Assembly: GCA_963697305.1 (NCBI GenBank)
Contig: CAVONO010000014.1
Span: 3,338-67,337 of the forward strand
DNA from: an uncultured Chloroflexia bacterium
GTDB taxonomy: Bacteria > Chloroflexota > Anaerolineae > Promineifilales > Promineifilaceae
DNA length: 64,000 nt
Direction: 5' to 3'
The notes beneath the pieces are model-generated. The model was not told the origin of the DNA, made no database searches, and worked only from the letters and a program-made list of their open reading frames with translations. Position numbers and translations under genes: made by a program. Shown here piece by piece: positions 28,254 to 38,215 of the stretch. The first letter of the stretch is position 1. Every line of letters starts with the position of its first letter.

Positions 28254-29420
28254 ATGAAATATGCACATATCATTGGCTGGGGCAGTTTTCTGCCGAAACG
28301 TATTCTCACCAATGATGACATCGCTCAGATCGTGGATACGTCTGACGATTGGATATACGCAAGAACAGGCATCCGCCAGCGCCACATTGCCAGTGAGATG
28401 GAAACCACGGCTACTCTGGCTTTTGAGGCTGCTGCCCGCGCTTTGGCCGTTGCCGATATGCATCCTTCGCAGGTAGACTTGATTATCGTTGCTACCTCCA
28501 CGCCGGAGTATATTTTCCCGTCAACTGCCAGTCGCGTGCAAGATTATCTGGGTGCGGTGCGGGCTGGCGCCTTCGATCTTGCCGCCGCCTGTTCCGGTTT
28601 CGTTTATGCCCTGAATATGGCCGCCCAATCTATTGCCACGGGATCAGTGCGAAATGCGATTGTTATTGGCGCCGAAACGATGTCCAGGGTAGTGGATTGG
28701 AGCGATCGCAGCACCTGTATCCTTTTTGGCGATGGCGCCGGTGCTGTGGTGCTAAAGGGCTCCAGTATACCAGGAGGCCTACTGGCTTCGATCATGCGCT
28801 CTGATGGATCAGGGGGCAATTTGCTGCGCTTGCCGGCCGTCTACCACAATCCGGTACCAACCCTGGGCCCCGAATATCTGGGAAACGGGCGAGGCCATAA
28901 GACCATAGCCATGAACGGCCGTCAGGTTTTTCGCTTCGCCTCTCATGTCGTCCATACTTCTATCCAGGATGTGCTTGTCAAAGCGGAACTGACCTTGGAC
29001 GACGTAGACCTGATCATTCCCCATCAGGCCAACACACGCATAATCGATCATGTAGCCAAAAAGTTGAAGCTGCCCAAGGAGAAATTCTTTGTCAATCTCG
29101 AGAAGACCGGGAATACATCAGCTGCCTCGATTCCCATTGCGCTATCCGCTGCTGTGGAAGCTGGACGCTTGCGGCCCGACAACAACATTGTCTTTGTCGG
29201 TTTTGGCGGAGGCCTGACCTGGGCTTCGGCGGTGGTGAAGTGGGACGTGACACCACCAGACGTCTCGCTGCTGGATCGTGAATGGAAACGGACCCGCTAT
29301 ATCGTGGCCCGCGGCCGTTCCAGAATGCGCAGATGGGGCCGCCGTATGGGTGCTACACTTGCGGGTTCACCCACACCAGATGCGCGCTTGCGGGATGCGG
29401 ATAAGAAGGTGGGGGAGTAA
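28254..29420 (+). CDS. fabH: 3-oxoacyl-ACP synthase III with a ~57-aa basic C-terminal extension
   Basis: The active-site context AAACSGFVYAL, the HQAN motif, GNTSAASIP and GFGGGLTWASAVVKW. The ORF continues past the usual FabH end. Confidence 0.9.
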   Translation: MKYAHIIGWGSFLPKRILTNDDIAQIVDTSDDWIYARTGIRQRHIASEMETTATLAFEAAARALAVADMHPSQVDLIIVATSTPEYIFPSTASRVQDYLGAVRAGAFDLAAACSGFVYALNMAAQSIATGSVRNAIVIGAETMSRVVDWSDRSTCILFGDGAGAVVLKGSSIPGGLLASIMRSDGSGGNLLRLPAVYHNPVPTLGPEYLGNGRGHKTIAMNGRQVFRFASHVVHTSIQDVLVKAELTLDDVDLIIPHQANTRIIDHVAKKLKLPKEKFFVNLEKTGNTSAASIPIALSAAVEAGRLRPDNNIVFVGFGGGLTWASAVVKWDVTPPDVSLLDREWKRTRYIVARGRSRMRRWGRRMGATLAGSPTPDARLRDADKKVGE

Positions 29421-29513
29421 CAGTTAACAATCAACGACCAACAGCTTGACCCATGCAAGTTGGCTCCATTAATGGATGAATGTCAAGTTCTGAGATAGGT
29501 TTCCTGCTGACTG

Positions 29514-30182
29514 CTATCCCAGCGCTTTGGCAATCTGTTTTAGTATCTTTTCTTCTTCCATGACGCCGTCAATGTGCACACGGCCGTTAATGACCAGGTG
29601 CGGCAGGTAGGTAGCTGAATAACGGACGGCGGCCACGGGGAAAACGTCGGCCATGATTAAAAAGGAGCGAATATGCGGGCTGGCGACGGCCAGGCCAAAG
29701 GCTATCTTGGCCATCACAACCCCGCCTTCATCATCGGCTGAGGTCAGCAACTCCAGGCGAATCTCCTGATCCAATGCCTGTAGTTGGACCCGTGTTTTTA
29801 CTTCTAGCGAAGCCCCCTGAAAGGACACTGCTTGAACGGCCGTAATCAGTGAGGTCATCTGGTAGCCAGAAGGCAGGCCGATCAACCTGACGCCATAATC
29901 AACCGGCTCGTCATTGTCATCACGTCCGAAAACGCCGATGACCGGGTAGTAAGGATAATTGGCGCGACGCGGGAAAAAGGAGGCATTAATCTGGTTGAAG
30001 CGGTCAGCCAAGGTCTGCACCAGGTACTGCGCCTCTTGCTCACCGCCACCTTCGCTTGGGTCGCCCCAGACGTGGATGTCTACCGCGTTGGGCAGCTGTT
30101 CAAAATAGTCTGGTAGCAAGGCCCAGGTTTCGGCGTCAAAGGGATTACTTTTTGATGAGTCATGCATGCGTTTCTTCCTCAC
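29514..30182 (-). CDS. Thioredoxin-fold (glutaredoxin/PDO-like) domain protein lacking cysteines
   Basis: The C-terminal pattern VFPVAAVRYSATYLPHLVINGRVHIDGVMEEEKILKQI resembles glutaredoxin-like domain proteins. The ORF contains no Cys. Confidence 0.35.
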   Translation of the reverse strand: MRKKRMHDSSKSNPFDAETWALLPDYFEQLPNAVDIHVWGDPSEGGGEQEAQYLVQTLADRFNQINASFFPRRANYPYYPVIGVFGRDDNDEPVDYGVRLIGLPSGYQMTSLITAVQAVSFQGASLEVKTRVQLQALDQEIRLELLTSADDEGGVVMAKIAFGLAVASPHIRSFLIMADVFPVAAVRYSATYLPHLVINGRVHIDGVMEEEKILKQIAKALG

Positions 30183-30212
30183 CCCGGATTATAATGCACG
30201 CTGTGCAAACAA

Positions 30213-30282
30213 AGAAGTTCAACTTTTCAGGTTTAGCGCAGTGATACGCTTGCGCCGGCAGAGTCGGCAAAGTTGAGCTTCT
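30213..30282. repeat. Hairpin repeat element, copy 2
   Basis: Arms AGAAGTTCAACTTTT (30213-30227) and CAAAGTTGAGCTTCT (30268-30282, 2 mismatches), with a 40-nt loop. It lies between divergent genes. Confidence 0.8.
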
Positions 30283-30306
30283 ACAAATAAGGGTTTCTGA
30301 GACAGT

Positions 30307-30921
30307 ATGCTCTGGTTTCTGATCAGCTTTGTAATTTGGGCCTTCGTTCACAGTATTACGGCGGCATCCTCAACTAAAAGAGCTTTCCGCAACCGCTTTG
30401 GCGAAAGGGCTTATCAAGGTCTTTACCGCTTGCTCTATAATTTGTTTTCGCTGCTCTCCTTTTTGCCTGTGCTTTACGCTCTGTGGACGCAAATTCCGCA
30501 GGTGACCCTTTGGATTATTCCCTATCCCTGGCGTTATATCACGATGGGCATGCAATTGCTGGCCGTGCTTGGCCTGGCGCTTTCCTTATTACAGACGGAT
30601 GTATGGGCATTTATTGGCTTGCGCCAGGCCCTGCGCTACGTGCAAGGGTCTGCCGACCCGGAAGTGCCCGATCAACTTGTTGTTACAGGGACTTATCGTT
30701 GGGTGCGCCATCCCCTTTACTCCTTCAGCCTGCTGTTCATCTGGTTGAACCCAGCTATAACCTTGGGAACTTTGCTTTTTAATGTTCTGGCAACGTTGTA
30801 TTTCTGGATTGGCTCAATCTATGAAGAACGCCGCCTGGTTAGGGCCTTTGGCCAGGCTTATGAGGAATACCAGCAAACCGTTCCCCGCCTGTTCCCCCTC
30901 CGCCGCCAATCGCAATCGTAG
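30307..30921 (+). CDS. Membrane methyltransferase of the ICMT/PEMT family
   Basis: VVTGTYRWVRHPLYSFSLLFIW...EERRLVRAFGQAYEEYQQTVP, with several TM segments. Confidence 0.7.
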   Translation: MLWFLISFVIWAFVHSITAASSTKRAFRNRFGERAYQGLYRLLYNLFSLLSFLPVLYALWTQIPQVTLWIIPYPWRYITMGMQLLAVLGLALSLLQTDVWAFIGLRQALRYVQGSADPEVPDQLVVTGTYRWVRHPLYSFSLLFIWLNPAITLGTLLFNVLATLYFWIGSIYEERRLVRAFGQAYEEYQQTVPRLFPLRRQSQS

Positions 30922-31401
30922 TCCCAATCGCAGTCGAGGTTTTTTCTGTCCTGACCCCAGATCAGTGGTCCTTCCACATCTTCAGTGCAAGCGGCATTGG
31001 AAGCGCAGTGAAACTATGAGTCGCCTCCCACCCTTCCCGCCTCATCCCTGACACCTTTTTCCTTCCTACCAGCCGTCGATAATTGTTTTAATTTGTGGAA
31101 AGCAATTATCAAAGATATGGGGGTGCATTGGAAATCATCCCCGATATCGCGTACATGGTTGACATAATGTTTGGATATGTGGTGGATTTACGGCCGTTGC
31201 ACTTGACCAATCCTGGACTTGCTCCATAATGGTCGTATAACAATATCGTGATGGCGCTTAATACAGTGCTAAATAGGTAGTGGTAGCGTCGAAAGTCTGC
31301 CACCTTTTCAATCTACCGCAAGTTGAACACCCTGTACGGATACAGAAAGTTGGCAACTTCTTCTTAATCTTAAGTGTAGTGGAAAAAGTCCAAGGCAGAT
31401 T

Positions 31402-33789
31402 GTGAGTTTCACTGTTGACAGCCAACCTGGCAACGATTTAGGTTTGCCTGGCGAAGGATCCAAACCGGATTTACGCGTTCGTTTTTTGCGTCTGTACATC
31501 TTGTTCGCTGCACTGATCCTTGCTGGAGCGTTGATTTTTGCCCTGCTGCTCAATAATCGTCTGGAACAAAATGTGCAGACGGCCGACCTGGCTCTCGTCG
31601 AGGCGCTGGCCAAGCGCGTGGACCCAAAAGCAGATGAGGCACTGTTTGCCAATGAGTTTGAATCTTGGGTCGAGGTTGCCGGCATTAAGGGACCGCTCAC
31701 GGCTACTGTTATCGATCCAGCGCACAATATATTAGCCAGCTACCAACAAGGCATCGCTTTGGATGTTTCGCGAGATTGGAACATCTGGCTGCGGCTCATT
31801 TTTCGCACGGCACTTTTTGACGATTCTGGCTCCTTTACGTCCACTGCGCCTGATGGAGAGGAGTGGCTGCATTCCTACACTACCCTACCAGAAAACGGGC
31901 AGCGGTTAATCATACAGCGCCCTACGCGAATTGCGTTTGCCACGTCTCAACTGCTAACAGCGGGCCTTCTGGTGGCCATCCTTATCTATTTGGCCGGGGG
32001 GATCTTCTCCTGGTTTATCTTATCGTACCGGGTCATTCGTCCTTTAGAGTATCTGGAAACATACAGTGAGCGGATTCGCTGGCACGGGAAACTATCAGCG
32101 GCTGAACAGAAAAATATCGAAAAGTTGGCCCAGCGTAGTGACCAGCTTGGTAACCTGACACGATCCCTGGAGGCGATGCAAGAAGAAACAGAGAAACGGC
32201 TCGTGCAACTGGCGACGCTGCTGGAAACCAGCCGCGTTGTTGCGGCTTCTCTGGAGTCAACGGCTGTGATCGACAATATCCTGGAACAAGTACAGATGCT
32301 TTTTAGTGTAGGGCGCGTTGCGGTCGTGGTTCTAGACATGCGGGCCGATGTCTTTCGCATACGCTCAAGCCGCGGGTTGTCCGAGAACTATGCGAAGCAA
32401 TTACGGATCGACCCTGGCGAGCCGAACTCTCCCTCCATGCGCGCCTTACGCAAAAAGATCCCGGTTCAGGTTGCAGACACGGAAACAGACTTGTCGTTCA
32501 CCAAGCTGCGCCAGCGATCGCGAGCAGAAGGTTTTCAATCGGTCCTGGCTATCCCGCTGCACACGCAACATGCTCCGCCGGCCGTTCTGCTGCTCTACAA
32601 GTCGGAACCGTACCGCTATAGCTACGGCGAGTTGGAGCTCGCTTCCAGTTTCGGCCACCATGCCTCTATCGCCCTCGAAAACGCCGCTTTGTATGCGAAA
32701 ACGGATGAACGATTGCAGGTACAGACGCTGCGCCTTGAGGCTATTGTAGAAAGCCTCAACGATGGATTGATATTAGAAAGCTTGAGCGGGGAAGTTCTTT
32801 TCTGCAACCAACGCCTGCTCTCCTGGCTGCAAATTTCGCGCGGCCAGGCCAGGGGCAAGAACTCGTCCGAACTGATGGAAATCTTGCTGGCGGATGCAAT
32901 TGATTCAGATGAGATCAGGCAAAAGTTGGCTGCCGCCCCAGACCAGGTGCAGGAACATGCCCTTGATTTTTCATTAAGAACGAAAAACGGCCGTATCCGG
33001 GATTTGCGTATCCATCTTTTTGACGTCACCGATACGCGAGGGGATTTACTCGGCCGCGGGCAACTTTGGCAGGATGTGACGCGAGATAAAGAAGTCGACC
33101 GCATGAAATCAGCGCTACTTTCCACGGTATCGCACGAATTGCGCACACCTCTGGCAACTATCAAAGGTTTTGCGAGCACGCTGCTGGCCGAAGACGTGGA
33201 ATGGGACGAAGCGGCACAGCGGGAGTTTCTCAAATCGATCAGCGACGAATCTGACCGGCTGACCAGGCTGGTACAAAACTTGTTGGACATGTCGCGAATC
33301 CAGGCCGGCATGTTGACGATTCAGTGCGAACTCTTTTCACTTAACGATTTACTGCCGCAAGTCGTGCAAGGGTTTGGCGGCGCGCTTGATGGACGGTTGC
33401 GCACAGAGGCATCGCCCGAATTACCGCCCGTGTGGATGGATGTTTCGCGTATCGCGACTGTCATGCGTAACTTGATTGAGAACGCGGTCAAGTATTCGGA
33501 GGCGGATAGCGATATCGAGATCACAACCCAAACAGAAAACGGTGACGTGCTGTTCGCCGTGCGCGATTATGGACCTGGGATTCCGGAAAATCTGCGAATG
33601 AAGGTGTTTGAGCGCTTCTTCCGCATGGAAAATGGGTTGACGCGGCAAGTCGGTGGCAGCGGCCTGGGATTGGCTATTAGCAAAGGATTTGTAGAAGCGC
33701 ACGGCGGTGGCATCTGGGTCAGCCCGGCAGATCCGGGCGCGATTTTCACTTTCTCGCTGCCAGTAGACCGGCAGCGTGGGGAAGGATGA
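31402..33789 (+). CDS. Sensor histidine kinase (TM-HAMP-GAF-PAS-HisKA-HATPase)
   Basis: H-box SHELRTPLATIKGF, N-box NLIENAVKY, and G-boxes RDYGPGIP and GGSGLGLAISK. Confidence 0.9.
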   Translation: MSFTVDSQPGNDLGLPGEGSKPDLRVRFLRLYILFAALILAGALIFALLLNNRLEQNVQTADLALVEALAKRVDPKADEALFANEFESWVEVAGIKGPLTATVIDPAHNILASYQQGIALDVSRDWNIWLRLIFRTALFDDSGSFTSTAPDGEEWLHSYTTLPENGQRLIIQRPTRIAFATSQLLTAGLLVAILIYLAGGIFSWFILSYRVIRPLEYLETYSERIRWHGKLSAAEQKNIEKLAQRSDQLGNLTRSLEAMQEETEKRLVQLATLLETSRVVAASLESTAVIDNILEQVQMLFSVGRVAVVVLDMRADVFRIRSSRGLSENYAKQLRIDPGEPNSPSMRALRKKIPVQVADTETDLSFTKLRQRSRAEGFQSVLAIPLHTQHAPPAVLLLYKSEPYRYSYGELELASSFGHHASIALENAALYAKTDERLQVQTLRLEAIVESLNDGLILESLSGEVLFCNQRLLSWLQISRGQARGKNSSELMEILLADAIDSDEIRQKLAAAPDQVQEHALDFSLRTKNGRIRDLRIHLFDVTDTRGDLLGRGQLWQDVTRDKEVDRMKSALLSTVSHELRTPLATIKGFASTLLAEDVEWDEAAQREFLKSISDESDRLTRLVQNLLDMSRIQAGMLTIQCELFSLNDLLPQVVQGFGGALDGRLRTEASPELPPVWMDVSRIATVMRNLIENAVKYSEADSDIEITTQTENGDVLFAVRDYGPGIPENLRMKVFERFFRMENGLTRQVGGSGLGLAISKGFVEAHGGGIWVSPADPGAIFTFSLPVDRQRGEG

Positions 33790-34490
33790 GCGATATGGCT
33801 GCCTCCAGAATACTCGTCGTTGATGATGAGAAGCCATTGCGGGAATTTATCGGCCGTAACCTGGCAGCTCGCGGTTTTCAAGTGTTTTATGCAGCTAATG
33901 GGCTGGAAGCATTGGCGTTCGTTAATACGGAAGCGCTCGATCTAATCATTATGGATGTGATGATGCCGCATATGGATGGCCTGGAAGCCTCGCGCCGTAT
34001 TCGCCAAAGTTCCACTTTGCCGATCATCATCCTCACCGCTTTGGGCGAAGAGTCAGACAAGGTGACAGCCCTGAATATGGGCGCCGACGACTATCTGACT
34101 AAGCCGTTCGGTGTAAATGAATTGCTGGCGCGGGTTAAAGCTGTGCTGCGGCGGGCCAGTTGGTCGAGCAGACCCTCTGCATCGGCACTTGAAATCTTAC
34201 GTTACGGCGAGATAGAGCTGGATAGTGAAGCCCAGACGGCCGTTTTGCGTGGACAGCGCCTAAAGCTGACGCGAACGGAGTTTGACTTGCTGCAATATTT
34301 CATGCGTAATGTAGGCAAAGCGCTGCCTCATCGCGCAATCCTGCACAATGTGTGGGGGCCGGAATATGGCGGCGAGGCGGAGTACTTGCGCGTGTATATC
34401 GGCCGTTTGCGACGCAAGCTAGAAGAAGACCCGTCGAACCCGATTTATTTACAGACTGAATACGGCATCGGTTACCGCTTCGGCGAATAG
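33786..34490 (+). CDS. OmpR-family response regulator
   Basis: ATGA start/stop overlap with the kinase gene. The receiver has VVDDE...DLIIMDVMMPHMDG...K, and the wHTH ends in GIGYRF. Confidence 0.9.
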   Translation: MSDMAASRILVVDDEKPLREFIGRNLAARGFQVFYAANGLEALAFVNTEALDLIIMDVMMPHMDGLEASRRIRQSSTLPIIILTALGEESDKVTALNMGADDYLTKPFGVNELLARVKAVLRRASWSSRPSASALEILRYGEIELDSEAQTAVLRGQRLKLTRTEFDLLQYFMRNVGKALPHRAILHNVWGPEYGGEAEYLRVYIGRLRRKLEEDPSNPIYLQTEYGIGYRFGE

Positions 34491-34587
34491 CCTATTGACT
34501 TGTTACATTTTGTTTATAATCTCCCCTCCTATTTTTATGCCCTATCTACGACATAAGCGTAGAATGCATTGGGTGTAGCTACGAACG

Positions 34588-34681
34588 GGCAACCTCTTTC
34601 CTGGCCCGGAGACGTCCATTGTACTCACCGTCGCAGCCTGACGTCCTGGAGGTTGCCTAGAATCTTTTTCCCCGTTTTTTT
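34588..34681 (+). promoter_or_regulatory. Candidate structured leader or attenuator upstream of the liv operon
   Basis: GGCAACCTC (34588-34596) pairs with GAGGTTGCC (34649-34657) around an inner GACGTC/GACGTC helix. A U-rich tract follows (34663-34681), 25 nt before the ATG at 34706. Confidence 0.3.
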
Positions 34682-34705
34682 AGTCTTCCTGGAGGAGGTA
34701 AATAC

Positions 34706-36037
34706 ATGTCTTATCGTAAATGCGCAATGTGGTTATCAATTTTGCTGATCTTGTTGTTGGCCCTGGTGGCCTGCCAGCCACAGGCAGAGCCGGCAGCTGA
34801 ACAGCCCGCGGAGTCTAAGGCGGCCGAGGCGGAACCTGCTGAAGCAGAAGCGCCCCCGGAAGAGGAGCCGGCTGCGGAGCCGGTAGAGGAAGAAGCTGCC
34901 TCGGACTTTGCGGGAACGATTACGTTGGGTGCGGCCGTGTCAGAGACGGGCAAGTATGCACGTGAAGGAAAGGATACACGCCAGGGATACAACACCTGGC
35001 TACAATGGGTCAACGAAGAATATGGCGGTATCAAGGTCGGCGACGATCGTTATATGGTAGATATCGTTTACTATGACGACGAAGGTGATCCGGATACGGC
35101 CGCGAACCTTGTGGAAAAGCTGATCACGGATGATGAAGTGGATTTCCTGCTCGGCCCCTATTCCAGTGGCTTAACCATGTCGACCAGCGCCATCGCCGAG
35201 AAATACGGCATGATCATGGTTGAAGGCAACGGCTCGTCGGAGTCGATATTCGAGCGTGGTTTCCAGAATATCTTCGCCGTTTTAACCCCTGCTGGCAATT
35301 ACGCACAGTCGGCATTGAAGGCGCTCTCCGACCAAGGAGCCAGCTCCGTGGTCATCGCCTACGAAGATACCGCCTTTCCGACCTCCGTCGGCATCGGAGC
35401 GGAGAAGTGGGCAAAAGAGTACGGCATGGAGGTGCTGGCGGTGGAGACATATCCCGTTGATGTAGCCGACGTGACAGCGATCATGACCAAGTTCCGCGAC
35501 CTGGATCCCGATGTCTTTGTCGGCGGTGGACATTTTAATGACGCCTTGCTCTTCGTCCGCGCCGCGGAGGAACTGGGATTCTCGCCCGAGATGGTTATCA
35601 CGGTCGGTCCCAGCAATCCGGAATTTGTCGCAGAAGTAGGCGATTCCGCCAATTACATCATCGGGCCAACGCAGTGGGAAGCCACGATGTCCTGGGAAGA
35701 TGAATACTTTGGCACGCCTGCCGATTTTGCGGCGCGCTATGAAGAGATGTGGGGCGAGCCGCCGACCTACCAGGCTGCTGAATCGACCGCCACCGCTTTG
35801 GCCCTACAATTGGCCATTGAACAAGCGGGAAGTTTAGAGATGGACGCGGTGCGCCAGGCGCTCTTTGACCTGGATGCGATGACCTTCTACGGTCCGATCA
35901 ACTTTGACGAGACCGGCAAGAATGCGGCCAAACCGATGGGCGCGATCCAGATTCAAGATGGTGTTATCAACGTCGTAGCACCACCGGAAGCGGCGGTGGC
36001 CGATCTGATACCCATGGTTCCCTGGGATGAACGGTAG
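34706..36037 (+). CDS. livJ: Branched-chain amino acid ABC transporter substrate-binding lipoprotein
   Basis: Lipobox LALVAC, an Ala/Glu/Pro-rich linker, and a Peripla_BP_6-like body (LGPYSSG...). Confidence 0.85.
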   Translation: MSYRKCAMWLSILLILLLALVACQPQAEPAAEQPAESKAAEAEPAEAEAPPEEEPAAEPVEEEAASDFAGTITLGAAVSETGKYAREGKDTRQGYNTWLQWVNEEYGGIKVGDDRYMVDIVYYDDEGDPDTAANLVEKLITDDEVDFLLGPYSSGLTMSTSAIAEKYGMIMVEGNGSSESIFERGFQNIFAVLTPAGNYAQSALKALSDQGASSVVIAYEDTAFPTSVGIGAEKWAKEYGMEVLAVETYPVDVADVTAIMTKFRDLDPDVFVGGGHFNDALLFVRAAEELGFSPEMVITVGPSNPEFVAEVGDSANYIIGPTQWEATMSWEDEYFGTPADFAARYEEMWGEPPTYQAAESTATALALQLAIEQAGSLEMDAVRQALFDLDAMTFYGPINFDETGKNAAKPMGAIQIQDGVINVVAPPEAAVADLIPMVPWDER

Positions 36038-36134
36038 CTAGTTGCCCATTTTCCCGGAGACTCAAGTGGCGTTGCCCAGTGGAACGTGCGACCAAGTTTC
36101 CAGGGAAATAACGATCAAAAGAAAAGCTACGAGT

Positions 36135-36170
36135 CAGTAGCCAATACATAACTTATTGTATTGGCTACTG
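36135..36170 (+). terminator. Strong intra-operon hairpin after livJ
   Basis: A perfect 14-bp stem CAGTAGCCAATACA / TGTATTGGCTACTG with an 8-nt loop, followed by ATTTGT (a weak U tract). Confidence 0.45.
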
Positions 36171-36276
36171 ATTTGTAAAGGCCGACTATTACTCAGTGTA
36201 GAGTTTTTAGTTTAGGTTCGATGTTCGCTCAAGCTGAAAAACCGGTTTCTTAAATCTGGCATGAGGATAATGCCCT

Positions 36277-37167
36277 ATGGATCAATTTACGCAAGCCGTG
36301 ATTAACGGTATTATGTTGGGCGGATTTTATGCCGTGATGGTATTGGGCTTCTCGATTATCTGGGGAGTGATGGGGGTCATTAACCTGGCCCATGGTGAAT
36401 TTGTCATGGCCGGAGCCTATCTAAGCTGGTACTTGCACAAGCAGTACGGCTGGGAACCCTTTTTTACGATTCTTGTCGTGGCGGCCGTTATGTTTGTCGT
36501 TGGCTACTTGCTGCAACGTATCTTGATCAATCGCATCATCGAACGGCCATATCTGATCTCTTTGCTGGTCACATTTGGCCTTTCAATCATCATGTCCAAC
36601 GCGTTCAAACTTGCTTTCACGGCCACACCACGCACCGTCGACACCATGTTCAGCGGCTTCTGGCGCGCAGGCGGAAGTGTAACAGTCCCTATCACCAGGT
36701 CCGTGGTTCTGGTCGCCGCTTTGTTCATGATGGGCTTGGTATATCTATTCTTGCAACGCACGCGACTAGGCAAGAGTATTCGCGCCGCAGCCCAAAACCG
36801 CGAAGCAGCGCGCATCGTAGGCATAGAAATCAGCGCTGTTTACGCGTTGACTTTTGCTATAGCGATTGCCCTCACCGGGGCCGCGGGAACACTGATCAGC
36901 CCAACACAGGCCATCCATCCCTTTATGGGAGCGGCGCTAACATTAAAGGCGTTTGCGATCACAGCTATGGCCGGTCTGGGCAGCATCCCAGGGGCGCTGA
37001 TGGGAGGGCTTTTGTTGGGCTTGATTGAGGTCTTCATCGCCACATTTGTTCCCGGAGTCGGCACCAACCTGGGTATCGTATCCTCTTACGTGATCCTGGT
37101 TATTGTGTTGGTTACCCGGCCACAAGGGCTGTTTGGCGGCATGCAGGCGGCCAGGGAGGTAAATTGA
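36277..37167 (+). CDS. livH: Branched-chain amino acid ABC permease
   Basis: LivH-like multi-TM protein containing the IWGVMGVINLAHGEF motif. Confidence 0.9.
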   Translation: MDQFTQAVINGIMLGGFYAVMVLGFSIIWGVMGVINLAHGEFVMAGAYLSWYLHKQYGWEPFFTILVVAAVMFVVGYLLQRILINRIIERPYLISLLVTFGLSIIMSNAFKLAFTATPRTVDTMFSGFWRAGGSVTVPITRSVVLVAALFMMGLVYLFLQRTRLGKSIRAAAQNREAARIVGIEISAVYALTFAIAIALTGAAGTLISPTQAIHPFMGAALTLKAFAITAMAGLGSIPGALMGGLLLGLIEVFIATFVPGVGTNLGIVSSYVILVIVLVTRPQGLFGGMQAAREVN

Positions 37168-37168
37168 G

Positions 37169-38215
37169 ATGCGCAGCTTCGCACGCATCTGGCGACAATA
37201 CAGACTGGGGCGATACGCTTTGCTGCTAATCGTCTTATTCCTGCTTGCTCTGCCAATTGTGCAAAAGTTCACGCCCGATCGCAAACTGGTCACGAATTCG
37301 CTTTTGTTCTCTTTTACCCAGCTATTTATGCTGATTACACTGGCCAGCAACTGGAATCTGACGGGCGGCTTCACCGGCTACGTCGACTTTGGTCACGCCG
37401 TCTTCTTCGGTTTGGGAGCGTATGGCACGGGTATCTTGATGGTCAAGGCGGGCTGGTCATTCGCGCCAGCTCTGATCTTCGGAGCCATTGTGGCCGGGCT
37501 TTTTGCGCTGCTAATTGGATCGGCAACCTTGCGTTTGAAAGGCCCCTATTTTTCGATCTCGATGTTGGGCACATTCGTCGCCATGCGCGAGATCGTTCGC
37601 GTGATCAAACCGCTCACCGGGGGTGGCACGGGGCTCACGCTTCCTCCCTATCTGAACCGGCCGCTTTTTTATTATCTGACATTGATTATGACGATCCTGG
37701 TCGTGGCATTCGTCTGGTGGTTGATAAAGCGCACGGAATTTGGCGCGACTTTGATCGCCATCCGTGAAGACGAGATCGGGGCGGAGATGCGCGGCATCAA
37801 TACCACGCTAAACAAGATCACTATTTTCATGATTGGCGCCATCCTAACCGGTATCGTCGGGGGAATGTGGGCCTACCAAAATACATTCATTGATCCTGAT
37901 GTTGTTTTCTTTTCGTCGCGCACCGTAGAGTTGGTGATGATGGTGATGCTCGGTGGCTTGGGAACCGTGGCCGGTCCCGTCATTGGGGCCACGCTTATCT
38001 ACTGGCTGCGGGATGTACTTTGGGCGAATTTGCTGCAATTCCATCTCATCGCTCAGGGCGTTATACTGATCCTTATCGTGCTCTTTGTGCCGGAAGGTAT
38101 CGTAGGTACGCTGGCGGACGATTCCGGCACATCGCTTGGCCGGTTGTGGAATCGTTATTGGGGCACACCCACGGTAGCGGAGGCAGGGACCGAGGAAGTG
38201 GAGGTGAGCGCGTGA
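37169..38215 (+). CDS. livM: Branched-chain amino acid ABC permease
   Basis: LivM-like multi-TM protein (NLTGGFTGYVDFGHAVFFGLGAY), directly adjacent to livH. Confidence 0.9.
   Translation: MRSFARIWRQYRLGRYALLLIVLFLLALPIVQKFTPDRKLVTNSLLFSFTQLFMLITLASNWNLTGGFTGYVDFGHAVFFGLGAYGTGILMVKAGWSFAPALIFGAIVAGLFALLIGSATLRLKGPYFSISMLGTFVAMREIVRVIKPLTGGGTGLTLPPYLNRPLFYYLTLIMTILVVAFVWWLIKRTEFGATLIAIREDEIGAEMRGINTTLNKITIFMIGAILTGIVGGMWAYQNTFIDPDVVFFSSRTVELVMMVMLGGLGTVAGPVIGATLIYWLRDVLWANLLQFHLIAQGVILILIVLFVPEGIVGTLADDSGTSLGRLWNRYWGTPTVAEAGTEEVEVSA

Noticed and set aside
38020-38211. N-terminal extensions suggested by the maximal ORFs of livG (from 38020), livF (from 38960), the AI-2E transporter (from 22156), the MFS gene (from 24389), the 7745 gene (to 8500) and the small 17895 ORF.
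   Set aside because: The extensions overlap upstream genes or lack RBSs. Internal starts with good RBSs or start/stop coupling (38212, 38981, 22309, 24449, 8431, 17958) give proteins that begin where homologous families begin.
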